A DNA stretch of 64,000 bases from an uncultured Spartobacteria bacterium (GTDB taxonomy: Bacteria; Verrucomicrobiota; Verrucomicrobiia; Chthoniobacterales; UBA6821): positions 828 to 64,827 of the forward strand of contig CAINEX010000051.1 of assembly GCA_903847935.1 (NCBI GenBank). The letters run 5' to 3'. Both the position numbers and the translations under genes were made by a program. The notes under the pieces were generated by a model that did not search any database, was not told the origin of the DNA, and saw only the letters and a program-made list of their open reading frames with translations. Shown here piece by piece: positions 52,105 through 61,080 of this stretch (positions within the stretch are counted from its first letter, which is position 1; each line of letters begins with the position of its first letter).

Positions 52105-52902
52105 CTACGATTTCAGAAAGGCTGTGAGAGGACTTGTCGGCACGGCGAGATCCTCCCTCATGGGAAGCCCCGCAGCGAAGGCCTCCGAGGCTCCCTCAAC
52201 GGCAAGGCGGAATGCCCTAGCCATCCGGACGGGATCCCCTGCCACAGCGATGGCCGTATTCACAAGAACCGCATCGGCCCCAAGTTCCAAGGCCTCCGCG
52301 GCATGACTCGGAGCTCCGATGCCGGCATCCACTACGACAGGAACGGTGGCCTGCTCGATGATGATCGAGATCTGATGACGTGTCTCGATTCCACGATTGC
52401 TCCCGATCGGAGAACCGAGAGGCATGACTGTTGCCGCACCGGCCTCCTGAAGGCGCTTCGCTAGCACCGGGTCTGCATTGATGTAAGGCAGGACTGTAAA
52501 ACCCTCGGCAACCAGCATTTCAGTAGCCTTCAGCGTCTCGATCGGGTCGGGCAGGAGATATCGAGGATCCGGATGGATCTCGAGCTTCACCCATTTTGGG
52601 AGACCTGCTGCGGCCGCCAGTCTGGCCAGACGCACGGCTTCCTCTGCCGTATTGGCCCCGCTGGTATTGGGAAGCAGGAGATAACGCTCCGCATTGATGA
52701 ACTCAAGAATGTTGGCAAAGGGGTCCGACTTACCACCTTTCCGTTCTAGATCGGCCCGTCTCAGGGCAACGGTCACAATTTCTGTTCCGCTCTCCTCCAG
52801 GGCATCACTCATCAAGGAGCCTGAGGAGAATTTTCCGGTTCCCAAAAGAAGCCTGGAGGAAAACTCCCGGCCGGCAATGATCAAAGGAGATGCAACGGAC
52901 AT
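52105..52902 (-). CDS. thiG: Thiazole synthase
   Basis: Contains [15 protein letters not shown] and [14 protein letters not shown]. Confidence 0.93.
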   Translation of the reverse strand: MSVASPLIIAGREFSSRLLLGTGKFSSGSLMSDALEESGTEIVTVALRRADLERKGGKSDPFANILEFINAERYLLLPNTSGANTAEEAVRLARLAAAAGLPKWVKLEIHPDPRYLLPDPIETLKATEMLVAEGFTVLPYINADPVLAKRLQEAGAATVMPLGSPIGSNRGIETRHQISIIIEQATVPVVVDAGIGAPSHAAEALELGADAVLVNTAIAVAGDPVRMARAFRLAVEGASEAFAAGLPMREDLAVPTSPLTAFLKS

Positions 52903-52964
52903 GCTACGAGGCTATCTCTTCAGGGGCAATCCCTGCAAGAAACGGCGTGATCGAATATTTTTGA

Positions 52965-53315
52965 TCAGGCGATGGAGGAACCCAACGCCACCAAGGCTTC
53001 GTCACGCGAGAGGCAAACCGGGTAAGCCGTCTGAAACTGTGCAATATCAAAGATACGCCGGACTGCGGGCTGCAGGGAACAGACGGCAAGACCTCCACCA
53101 ACACGCTGGAGTTGGCGACCCAGTAGAAAGAACTCTCGGAATCCCGCACTGCTCACGTATTCCAAGGCAGCCAGGTCAAACACAACACCTTTGCTTCCAC
53201 CGGACTCGATTTCCTTGCCGACTGATTCGCGGATCATGTTGTGTTCGGCAGCATCTAGGCGTCCCTGAAGGGTCACAACCAGAATAGGGCCTGCTTTTTC
53301 AAATTGAATGTCCAT
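52965..53315 (-). CDS. STAS-domain anti-sigma-factor antagonist (SpoIIAA/RsbV-like)
   Basis: The segment from ILVVTLQGRLDA to LEYVSSAGFREF includes the conserved Ser context. I prefer the ATG at 53315 (MDIQFEK) over the track start at 53366. Confidence 0.85.
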   Translation of the reverse strand: MDIQFEKAGPILVVTLQGRLDAAEHNMIRESVGKEIESGGSKGVVFDLAALEYVSSAGFREFFLLGRQLQRVGGGLAVCSLQPAVRRIFDIAQFQTAYPVCLSRDEALVALGSSIA

Positions 53316-53443
53316 GACACTAATCAAGATGCTCGGCGATGTGGAGTCAACTTCCGTGAATAACACCTGCTGATTTCAGCGAAAGAATGTGTTCACAACA
53401 ACTTGGCATCGCCAGCTCATTCACTTATCGCTGGGGTGTTACA

Positions 53444-56056
53444 ATGACACTTCCCTTTCGCCTTGATCGATTTCTGTCGCCGCGCTCCATAGGTCAGCGC
53501 TTTGCGCTCACGATCGGAGCAGGGGCGGGTGCAATCCTGATTGTACTTGCTGTCGCGAACTATATCAGCGGACGCGAACTTCTGTTGGACCAGACATCAA
53601 GCGAGGCTCGGAAGGAGGTCCGTGATGAGATGGGTAACTGGGACGATCTTGTGGACCGGATCGCCATGTACCCGATCATCATCGGTGCCACGGAAGTGGC
53701 CTCGTCCGACCCATTAAATAAAACCGCCGTGTCCTCGCAGTGGTTGGCATCACTTTTAGAACAATCCCCCATCTCCTCTGTCTACGGACTCTACATGGCC
53801 CGGGAGGCTATGGATTGGAGGGATCCGGCGTCTGATATCTGGGTCGACCGCAAAAGTTGGCCACATGCAGCTCGACTGAAATACGACTTCCATGACCCTT
53901 CTCAGGACTGGTACCGCGGAGCCCTTGAGACAAATGGAACCCATGTCACCCTCCCCTATTTTGACGAGGGGGGATCGGATATCGAGATGATCAGTATCAC
54001 CAGGGCGGTTTATGATCATCAAGGCAGGTTCCTTGGTGTGGCGGGCGCCGATGTCGCACTGACTGAGATGAGAAAGATCGTCAGGGAAATGCATATCCGA
54101 AACTTTTTAAAGAATTCCAGGATCACTAAGGGCCCCAATCCTCAACCTCAAACCGATCTTACCCCGGATAGTATGAAAGAGGCCGCCTACCTGATCTCCA
54201 AGACGGGAGTTGTCATCATAGGCCCCGCTACGACGGCGGTAAAACGGGTTCCTTGCCTCGGAGAAAAGGACTTCAACAAGCTTCTCGGGGATCTGCCTAG
54301 CCACGGACTTGATATTGATCCTGCCGACCTAAAGACACTCCTCACCCAAGATAGAGGATGGCTTAGGATCACTGGAAACAGGGACAATGTGATCTATTGG
54401 GCAACAAGCCGTATCACTGGATGGAAACTTATCTTGGAAGTCCCCTTTGATCTGATTATCTCGCCGGCACACGTGCTCGCGGAACAGTCGGCCATCATTG
54501 GAGTGAGCGGACTGCTGCTCCTGCTCGTAATGGTTTCAATCGTGGCCCGCAGAGTTTCAGAGCCGATCAAAGCGCTGCAAATCGTGGCTTCAGATTTAGC
54601 ACAGGGATCCGTTGGAAAAGGAAGTGACATGCTCAAAAGGATACAACGTCGCCCGGATGAGTTAGGGCGGCTTGCACGGAGTTTTTTTGCCATGGCGAAG
54701 GAGATTCGGAAGAGGGAAAAACGACTCTCCGAGTGGAATGCAAACCTGGAGAAGACGATCAAGCAGCGCACATCAGAGCTTGCTGCTGCCATGGATAGGG
54801 TGGAGAAAACGAACCGCGCCATGAGGGCCGAAGTCTCCGAGGCGGCCGCCTACTCGAGAGCCGTCCTCCCAAAGAAAATGAAGGGAGCCGTGGAGACCGA
54901 TTGGGTTTTTGAGACCTCCTCCCAGTTGGGGGGGGATTCCTTCGGATATCATTGGATCGACGAGAATCACCTCGCTCTCTATCTCCTCGACGTCTGCGGC
55001 CATGGTGTTGGAGCCGCGTTACTCTCGGTGAGCCTTGTTAATGTCCTCCGTACGGCTTCACTCCCAGGCACCGATTTCCACGATCCGGCGGCGGTGCTGA
55101 CCCGACTCAACACTTCCTTTCCGATGGAGAACCACAATGACATGTATTTCACGGCTTGGTACGGGGTCTATTCACTCACCACAAATCAACTGCGGTATGC
55201 CTGCGGAGGCCATCCTCCAGCCGTTATGATTGGAGGCGAGGGTACTGTCTCCTTACTTCCCGCCAAGGGACCGGTTCTAGGAGCGTTCCCAAAAGCAGAG
55301 TTTGAGAATGCCGTGTTTCAGATGACTCCGCCTTCCTCATTCACTTCCCCATCAAGGCTCTACCTTTTCAGCGACGGGGCTTACGAGATTGATCGTCAGG
55401 GCGGGAAGATGATGAGTTATGAAGAGTTTGTGCAGATCCTCTCGAAAACTGGGGGAGAGGAGAGAATTCCCTCTATTATTGAAAGACTCCGAAAAGAGAA
55501 CGGAAGCGATCTCTTTGTGGATGATCTTTCATTAGTTGAATTCAGCTTCTCCAACACGGAAAGAAGTAAAAACTCCGACGACCCTGAAAAGCCCTCCCAC
55601 TCCCAACCTCAGTCTCAACAGTCCTCAAGTCGCTCCATAACTATCGTTAATTCCCTGCCCGAACTGCAACGCCTCCTTTCCTTCACCTCGGAATTTGGAT
55701 CCCTCGCAGGGATATGCCGGGAAGATATGATGGATCTTGATGTCATTATCGAGGAGGTTGTCACCAATATCCTTAAGTATGGGAAACTCGCCCCGGATGT
55801 GGAGGCTTGTACCGTCGAACTAACGCGGAAGGAAAACCTTTTGGAGATTTCGGTATCAGATCATGGGATTCCCTTCGACCCTCTGCTTATGCCCGAGGTC
55901 GATACAACACAAGGAATCGAGGAGCGTCCAATCGGGGGGCTGGGCATTCACTTTGTGAGGAACCTCACTACCTCGCAACACTATGAGTACAAGGATGGAA
56001 AGAACTGGTTGATTCTGACCAAGGAACTAACGATCCCAAGTGATTTCGAAGTTTGA
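53444..56056 (+). CDS. Membrane sensor fusion: Cache-like periplasmic domain, HAMP, PP2C (SpoIIE/RsbU-type) phosphatase and RsbW-type HATPase Ser kinase
   Basis: Two hydrophobic helices bracket about 300 aa containing PYFDEGG...ITRAVYDHQGRFLGVAGADV. The PP2C blocks are GGDSFGYHW, LLDVCGHGVGAA, CGGHPP and LFSDG. The C-terminus has EEVVTNILKYG and GGLGIHFVRNL. I prefer the ATG at 53444 (MTLPFRL) over the track start at 53387. Confidence 0.85.
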   Translation: MTLPFRLDRFLSPRSIGQRFALTIGAGAGAILIVLAVANYISGRELLLDQTSSEARKEVRDEMGNWDDLVDRIAMYPIIIGATEVASSDPLNKTAVSSQWLASLLEQSPISSVYGLYMAREAMDWRDPASDIWVDRKSWPHAARLKYDFHDPSQDWYRGALETNGTHVTLPYFDEGGSDIEMISITRAVYDHQGRFLGVAGADVALTEMRKIVREMHIRNFLKNSRITKGPNPQPQTDLTPDSMKEAAYLISKTGVVIIGPATTAVKRVPCLGEKDFNKLLGDLPSHGLDIDPADLKTLLTQDRGWLRITGNRDNVIYWATSRITGWKLILEVPFDLIISPAHVLAEQSAIIGVSGLLLLLVMVSIVARRVSEPIKALQIVASDLAQGSVGKGSDMLKRIQRRPDELGRLARSFFAMAKEIRKREKRLSEWNANLEKTIKQRTSELAAAMDRVEKTNRAMRAEVSEAAAYSRAVLPKKMKGAVETDWVFETSSQLGGDSFGYHWIDENHLALYLLDVCGHGVGAALLSVSLVNVLRTASLPGTDFHDPAAVLTRLNTSFPMENHNDMYFTAWYGVYSLTTNQLRYACGGHPPAVMIGGEGTVSLLPAKGPVLGAFPKAEFENAVFQMTPPSSFTSPSRLYLFSDGAYEIDRQGGKMMSYEEFVQILSKTGGEERIPSIIERLRKENGSDLFVDDLSLVEFSFSNTERSKNSDDPEKPSHSQPQSQQSSSRSITIVNSLPELQRLLSFTSEFGSLAGICREDMMDLDVIIEEVVTNILKYGKLAPDVEACTVELTRKENLLEISVSDHGIPFDPLLMPEVDTTQGIEERPIGGLGIHFVRNLTTSQHYEYKDGKNWLILTKELTIPSDFEV

Positions 56057-56072
56057 TGTGAAGATGAATAGT

Positions 56073-56106
56073 GGCGCTTGATTCCCACCCTGGCTTTCAA
56101 GCCGCC
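56073..56106. terminator. Possible bidirectional terminator hairpin between convergent genes
   Basis: GGCGCTTGA (56073-56081) pairs with TCAAGCCGCC (56097-56106), giving 9 bp with a 1-nt bulge and a 15-nt loop. The flanks are only modestly T-rich. Confidence 0.3.
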
Positions 56107-56113
56107 TCATTTC

Positions 56114-56824
56114 TCACTGCTCCGCTTTTCTTAGCGCTTCGGCATCATGTTGCGATAAGTCTGCACGACGAAAAATCGGATCATCAGGGAGCATCATCTG
56201 AAATGTCCGGTGACAATCCCAGAGAGCATGTCCCGTCGTGATCCTAAGTCCCAGCACATGGCCTCCCATGCCCTTATCATCACTAAGGAAATGGAAGTGG
56301 TAGCCAGGCACATTGATCCCCTTGATGTAGGGTGGGCAGCGAAAACCGATGAGTGTGCCGGCCACATTATTGCATTCAAAGACAGCCTCGCTTTTTGCCA
56401 CTTCGGCTAACGGGCTAAAAGGAGGGTGCTGGCGTGAGATGCTTCGAACCTTCAAGACCGGAAACATCCCGTGAATCCTGATCGCCCAGAAGAAATTACG
56501 AGAACCTAGATGTCGGTCGAGCCAGCCCTGGAGTTGGCGTAGGGAGGTGATCTTGGGTAACGATGCAGCTTGCTCCCCTGTGAAGAAAGAGACCGTGGCA
56601 AAGGAAGTCTTTTCGCTGTCAGTTATGAGGTGAACCTTTCCATCGCTAGTGATCTGATAGAAGTCGCCGTCAAGGGCCAACATTTCACCATCAAGATGAT
56701 TCACTGTACCAAGCCCGAAGTCACCATAACGACGGACTTCCGCAAAGGTTGCTGGACCATCGTAGATCCCCTGCATGAGAGCATCAATCGTGGAGAACTG
56801 GGAGAGGGTTTTGGCAGAGTGCAT
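56114..56824 (-). CDS. budA: Alpha-acetolactate decarboxylase
   Basis: QFSTIDALMQGIYDG...GDFGLGTVNHLDGEMLALDGDFYQ is the family signature. The ATG at 56824 gives about 236 aa, the typical length. Confidence 0.88.
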   Translation of the reverse strand: MHSAKTLSQFSTIDALMQGIYDGPATFAEVRRYGDFGLGTVNHLDGEMLALDGDFYQITSDGKVHLITDSEKTSFATVSFFTGEQAASLPKITSLRQLQGWLDRHLGSRNFFWAIRIHGMFPVLKVRSISRQHPPFSPLAEVAKSEAVFECNNVAGTLIGFRCPPYIKGINVPGYHFHFLSDDKGMGGHVLGLRITTGHALWDCHRTFQMMLPDDPIFRRADLSQHDAEALRKAEQ

Positions 56825-56933
56825 TAGAGGAGACAGGAAGTTCCGATACTCCGCTAAGTGTTCAAGTGAAACTGTATTATTTATACTCCGAGGGATACAG
56901 AACAACGAGGAGCTCGAAAATCCGTGCTTTCGA

Positions 56934-58784
56934 TTATTCTACCGTGACACTTTTGGCTAGATTCCGCGGCTTATCCACATCGCATCCCAACTCCACGGCA
57001 ATGTAATAGGCAAAGAACTGGAGAACGATGGAAGCAAGGATGGGAGTCAGGATTTCGGAAGCCTCAGGGATGAGGATGACATCGTCACAGATAAGGGAGA
57101 GTTCATTTCCCTTTCCCTCCGTACCAATCGCGATGACTGGACCTCCACGGGCCTTCACCTCCTCGATATTGCTCAGGTTTTTTGCAAAGACAGCATCATT
57201 AGGGGCAATGACGACGGAGGGGGTCTCCGGATTCACCAGCGCGATAACACCATGCTTAAGTTCTGCACTGGGATAGCCCATAGCGGCAATGTAGCTGATC
57301 TCCTTGAGCTTAAGCGCACCCTCGAGAGCCACGGGGTAGTTATACTGCCTCCCCATGAAGAGCATCACCTTGGACTGGGCATAACGGCGGGCGATAGCAG
57401 CGATTTCGACTTCCAGCTTGAGGACACGATCAATCTTGGCAGGGAGTTCTTCCAGTTCCGAGATGATCCGGCTTCCCGCAGAACTGGAAAGATTCCGAAT
57501 ACGTCCCAAGAGGAGGGCTATCAGGGTGAGGACCGTGACCTGCGAGGTGAAGGACTTTGTGGCAGCCACACCGATCTCTGGTCCGGCATGCATGTAGACA
57601 CCGCCGTCACTCTCCCGGGCGATGGTGCTCGCGACATTGTTACAGATGCCCAGGGTACGGTGCCCCTTGCGCTGGCTCTCACGGAGTGCGGCCAAGGTAT
57701 CTGCGGTCTCCCCGCTCTGACTGAGCACGAAGACCAAGGTATCCTTGGTCATGGGAAGGTTGCGGTAGCGGAACTCGCTGGCGTATTCGCATTCCGTCGG
57801 AATCTGGGCGAGCGACTCGATCAGGTACTCGCCGACCATCGCGGCGTGGAAAGCGGTGCCGCATCCGCTCAAAACGATCCGCTCAATGGAGCGGAGGTCA
57901 CCATTGCTCATGTTGAGTCCCCCAAGCTTGGCGGTTGCCTCCTCGTGGGAGAGACGCCCGCGCAAGGCGTCGGTAACGCTGCGTACCTGCTCATGGATCT
58001 CCTTAAGCATGTAGTGGGGGTACTCTCCCTTGTCGACATCCTCGTGACTCATGTCGACGGTGGTGACATTGTATCCGGCGCCGGCTCCATCAATCGTGGA
58101 GAGGACGAATCCTTCGCCCGTAATGGCTGCAATCTCGTAATCGTTGAGGTAGACGACGTCGCGTGTGTGGCCGACAATCGCGCTCACATCGCTGGCCAGG
58201 AAATGCTCCCCCTTGCCTATACCGAGCACCAAGGGACTACCGCGTCGGGCCCCGATGATAAGTCCCGGAAGCTCCGCATGAACAACCGCGATGCCGTAGG
58301 TTCCCTTGACATGGGTCAACGCCTCTCGCACTGCGGAGACCAAGGCACCTTGGTTACGTTCGGTGGAGCGGTCGAAAGCACGACCCACCAACTGCGCAAG
58401 CGCCTCTGTATCGGTCTGTGAGACAAAAAGGTGCCCCTCCTCCTCGAGTTGAGTCCTGAGTTCCGCGTAGTTTTCGATGACCCCATTATGGACGAGGGCC
58501 AACTTTCCCGATCGGTCAAGATGGGGGTGGGCATTCTCGCGAGTGACTTTCCCATGTGTGGCCCAGCGCGTGTGACTGATGCCGGTGGAACCTCCGATCG
58601 GGTTTAAGGCTATCGATCGACGCAGATCATCAATCCGACCCACCTCCTTGCGTACTGAAACAAGTCCCTCCTCAAGGGTAGCGACTCCTGCGGAGTCATA
58701 CCCCCGGTACTCAAGGCGCTTGAGTCCCTCCAGAAGGATGGGGACCGCTTCAGCTTTTCCGACATATCCGATGATTCCACACAT
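56934..58784 (-). CDS. glmS: Glutamine--fructose-6-phosphate aminotransferase (isomerizing)
   Basis: The obligatory MCGIIGYVG N-terminus begins at 58784 (the track extends to 58889). Two SIS domains are present and the C-terminus is KSVTVE. Confidence 0.96.
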   Translation of the reverse strand: MCGIIGYVGKAEAVPILLEGLKRLEYRGYDSAGVATLEEGLVSVRKEVGRIDDLRRSIALNPIGGSTGISHTRWATHGKVTRENAHPHLDRSGKLALVHNGVIENYAELRTQLEEEGHLFVSQTDTEALAQLVGRAFDRSTERNQGALVSAVREALTHVKGTYGIAVVHAELPGLIIGARRGSPLVLGIGKGEHFLASDVSAIVGHTRDVVYLNDYEIAAITGEGFVLSTIDGAGAGYNVTTVDMSHEDVDKGEYPHYMLKEIHEQVRSVTDALRGRLSHEEATAKLGGLNMSNGDLRSIERIVLSGCGTAFHAAMVGEYLIESLAQIPTECEYASEFRYRNLPMTKDTLVFVLSQSGETADTLAALRESQRKGHRTLGICNNVASTIARESDGGVYMHAGPEIGVAATKSFTSQVTVLTLIALLLGRIRNLSSSAGSRIISELEELPAKIDRVLKLEVEIAAIARRYAQSKVMLFMGRQYNYPVALEGALKLKEISYIAAMGYPSAELKHGVIALVNPETPSVVIAPNDAVFAKNLSNIEEVKARGGPVIAIGTEGKGNELSLICDDVILIPEASEILTPILASIVLQFFAYYIAVELGCDVDKPRNLAKSVTVE

Positions 58785-58900
58785 GATAAAAAAGTGATTT
58801 GAGGGCTTTCTGGGAAAGGAAGTCTTGCCTGGTTGATTTAAGAGACTGACAAACGGAGAGCTCGCCTGCAAGATGCAAGCGGAATTCAACTCTCTCCTTT

Positions 58901-60196
58901 ATGGCCACCAAGCATGTCATATCGCCGGCAGCTCGCACTCTCGCCATCATCATGGGAGGAGGAGCTGGCACCCGTCTTTTCCCCCTGACCATGGATCGGG
59001 CAAAACCCGCAGTTCCGATCGGAGGCAAGTATAGATTGGTCGATATTCCCATCAGTAACTGCCTGAACTCGGGCATTAGGGGTATCTATGTACTGACACA
59101 GTTTAACAGCACCTCGCTTCACCGGCACATCAATGCCAGTTACAAGTTCGACGATTTTAGCCCCAGCTTTGTGGAAATCCTAGCTGCCCAACAGACCACG
59201 GGCGGAGCCACTTGGTATCAGGGAACAGCCGATGCGGTCCGGCAGAACCTAAGAACCTTTCTGGAGAGCCCGCATGACTATTTCATCATCCTGTCAGGTG
59301 ACCAACTCTACCGGATGGACTATCGTGACATCATTCAACAACACATTTCGAGCGGGGCGGAGTTGACGATTGCCTGCATCCCGGTTAACCGCGAGGCGGC
59401 AAAGTCCTTTGGCATCATGGATACGGACTCCACGCAACGGATCATCCGCTTCTGCGAGAAGCCATCAGATCCGGGGGTGCTCGATTCCTTGAGGATGAAG
59501 CCTCAACTGCTCACGGGACTCTACGGACAAGAGCAGGAGGATCTCTACCTCGCATCGATGGGTATCTATGTGTTCAATCGTCAAGTGCTGGCAGACTGCC
59601 TCGACAACGACTCACCAGACTTTGGCAAGCACATCATCCCCTCAATCATCGGGAACCGTAACGTGGAGGCCTATATCTTCCGCGGGTATTGGGAGGATAT
59701 CGGCACCATTCGCTCCTTCTTTGACGCCAACCTCAATCTTTGCGATCCTCATCCCCAATATAATTTCTATTCCCCCGGCGCCCCTATTTACACCCAGTCA
59801 CGTTTTCTTCCGGCAAGTGTCGTGGAGGATACCATGGTAAGCAGGGCCATGATTTCCGACGGGTGCCAGATTCACTGTTCGCGACTGGAAAGATGCGTCC
59901 TGGGTATCCGCAGTTTCATTAACCCGGGCTCCACTCTCCGCAACACCATCGTCATGGGGGCGGATTATTATGAGAGTGACAAAGGGGGCACTCCGGAGGG
60001 CATGGTTCCGATCGGCATCGGCAGAGGATGCGTGATAGAGGACGCCATTATCGACAAGAACGCTAGGATCGGAGATGGCGTGATCATCACACCGCATGAC
60101 AAGGATGCAAACTCGGATGGACCAGGATACTATATCAGGGATGGCATCGTGGTGATTCCAAAAAATGCGGTGATCCAACCCGGAACCAGAATTTGA
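58901..60196 (+). CDS. glgC: Glucose-1-phosphate adenylyltransferase
   Basis: GGAGTRLFPLT..RAKPAVPIGGKYRLVDIPISNCLNSGI plus a C-terminal left-handed beta-helix. Confidence 0.94.
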   Translation: MATKHVISPAARTLAIIMGGGAGTRLFPLTMDRAKPAVPIGGKYRLVDIPISNCLNSGIRGIYVLTQFNSTSLHRHINASYKFDDFSPSFVEILAAQQTTGGATWYQGTADAVRQNLRTFLESPHDYFIILSGDQLYRMDYRDIIQQHISSGAELTIACIPVNREAAKSFGIMDTDSTQRIIRFCEKPSDPGVLDSLRMKPQLLTGLYGQEQEDLYLASMGIYVFNRQVLADCLDNDSPDFGKHIIPSIIGNRNVEAYIFRGYWEDIGTIRSFFDANLNLCDPHPQYNFYSPGAPIYTQSRFLPASVVEDTMVSRAMISDGCQIHCSRLERCVLGIRSFINPGSTLRNTIVMGADYYESDKGGTPEGMVPIGIGRGCVIEDAIIDKNARIGDGVIITPHDKDANSDGPGYYIRDGIVVIPKNAVIQPGTRI

Positions 60197-60282
60197 AAGC
60201 GTCCTGACTTGTTAAGTTCCGATCGATGATTGCCAGATTCTCTTCCAGTTCACTCTCCTGCCTAACCCTTGTACGTAGATCC

Positions 60283-60978
60283 ATGCGCAGATCTCTCACT
60301 CTGCTCTCACTGCTGGAGATTTGTTTGCTTCTCAACGGATGTCTCTACGATAACCCACCCTCGGGACCGGCAGCGAGTATCGACACATGGCTTGTCGGAC
60401 AATGGGAAACCAAGGACAGTTCGGGCCATCTTTTTAAGGCCATTATAGCACCGGCATCCTCCGACCATTACCAAGTAACACTGATCCAAGTTGCAAAGCA
60501 GCCCTCCAACTTCGATGCATGGATCAGTCGGGTTGATGGATTCTCAATCCTAACTCTGAAGTCCCTGAATGATGGGCCATCGCTCGGAAAATACTCCCTG
60601 TTTCATTACGAACTCCTTGCTCCTGGAACATCACCTCCAGGCGGTGTTGGACCAACTCGCATTCGCCTCAGCGAACTTCAACTCGACGGATCATGCCGGA
60701 CTCTGGATTCCTTCCGATTGAGGGCCGAGATACGAAGGGCTCTTAAGGATGGCACACTCCTCCCACCGCGCGATGCAGTTGCAGACCTCAAGGAGGAAAA
60801 AAAACTTCGGGAGAACTATGCTGCGGACACAGCCTATCTGAATGGCTTCACGACTTCAGGCAAACTCAGAACCAACGCGACGGCAGCCAACCTCTCCTCG
60901 GAGTCGCGGGAAAAAATCCCGGGAAGTATCATCTGGATCAAAACAGGTGGTGTGACTCTGAAGGGAGAAACCTTTTGA
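60283..60978 (+). CDS. Hypothetical lipoprotein
   Basis: MRRSLTLLSLLEICLLLNGC is a signal plus lipobox. The track ORF starts at 60226. I recognise no family. Confidence 0.6.
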   Translation: MRRSLTLLSLLEICLLLNGCLYDNPPSGPAASIDTWLVGQWETKDSSGHLFKAIIAPASSDHYQVTLIQVAKQPSNFDAWISRVDGFSILTLKSLNDGPSLGKYSLFHYELLAPGTSPPGGVGPTRIRLSELQLDGSCRTLDSFRLRAEIRRALKDGTLLPPRDAVADLKEEKKLRENYAADTAYLNGFTTSGKLRTNATAANLSSESREKIPGSIIWIKTGGVTLKGETF

Positions 60979-61080
60979 AGCAACAGCTCCCTTTCCGGCA
61001 AGTTTGAGGAACTGCATTGGAAAACCTACCGGATTCCTTGCCAGTAATCCAAACACCAGCAGACCCAACCTTTTTATCCC

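Noticed and set aside
52903-53020. Possible TPP riboswitch upstream of thiG (a CCTGATC...GATCA...AGGGA string resembles part of the pyrophosphate-sensing helix).
   Set aside because: The spacer is only 62 nt. The CUGAGA element and the 5' half are absent or out of order, and the rest would overlap the STAS coding sequence.
57252-58421. 389-aa plus-strand ORF.
   Set aside because: It lies entirely antisense to glmS, whose frame is certain. It is low-complexity with no recognisable domain.
58785-58900. Possible glmS ribozyme upstream of glmS.
   Set aside because: Only about 116 nt are shared with the divergent glgC promoter region, which is too short for the ribozyme core. I see none of its conserved pseudoknot segments.
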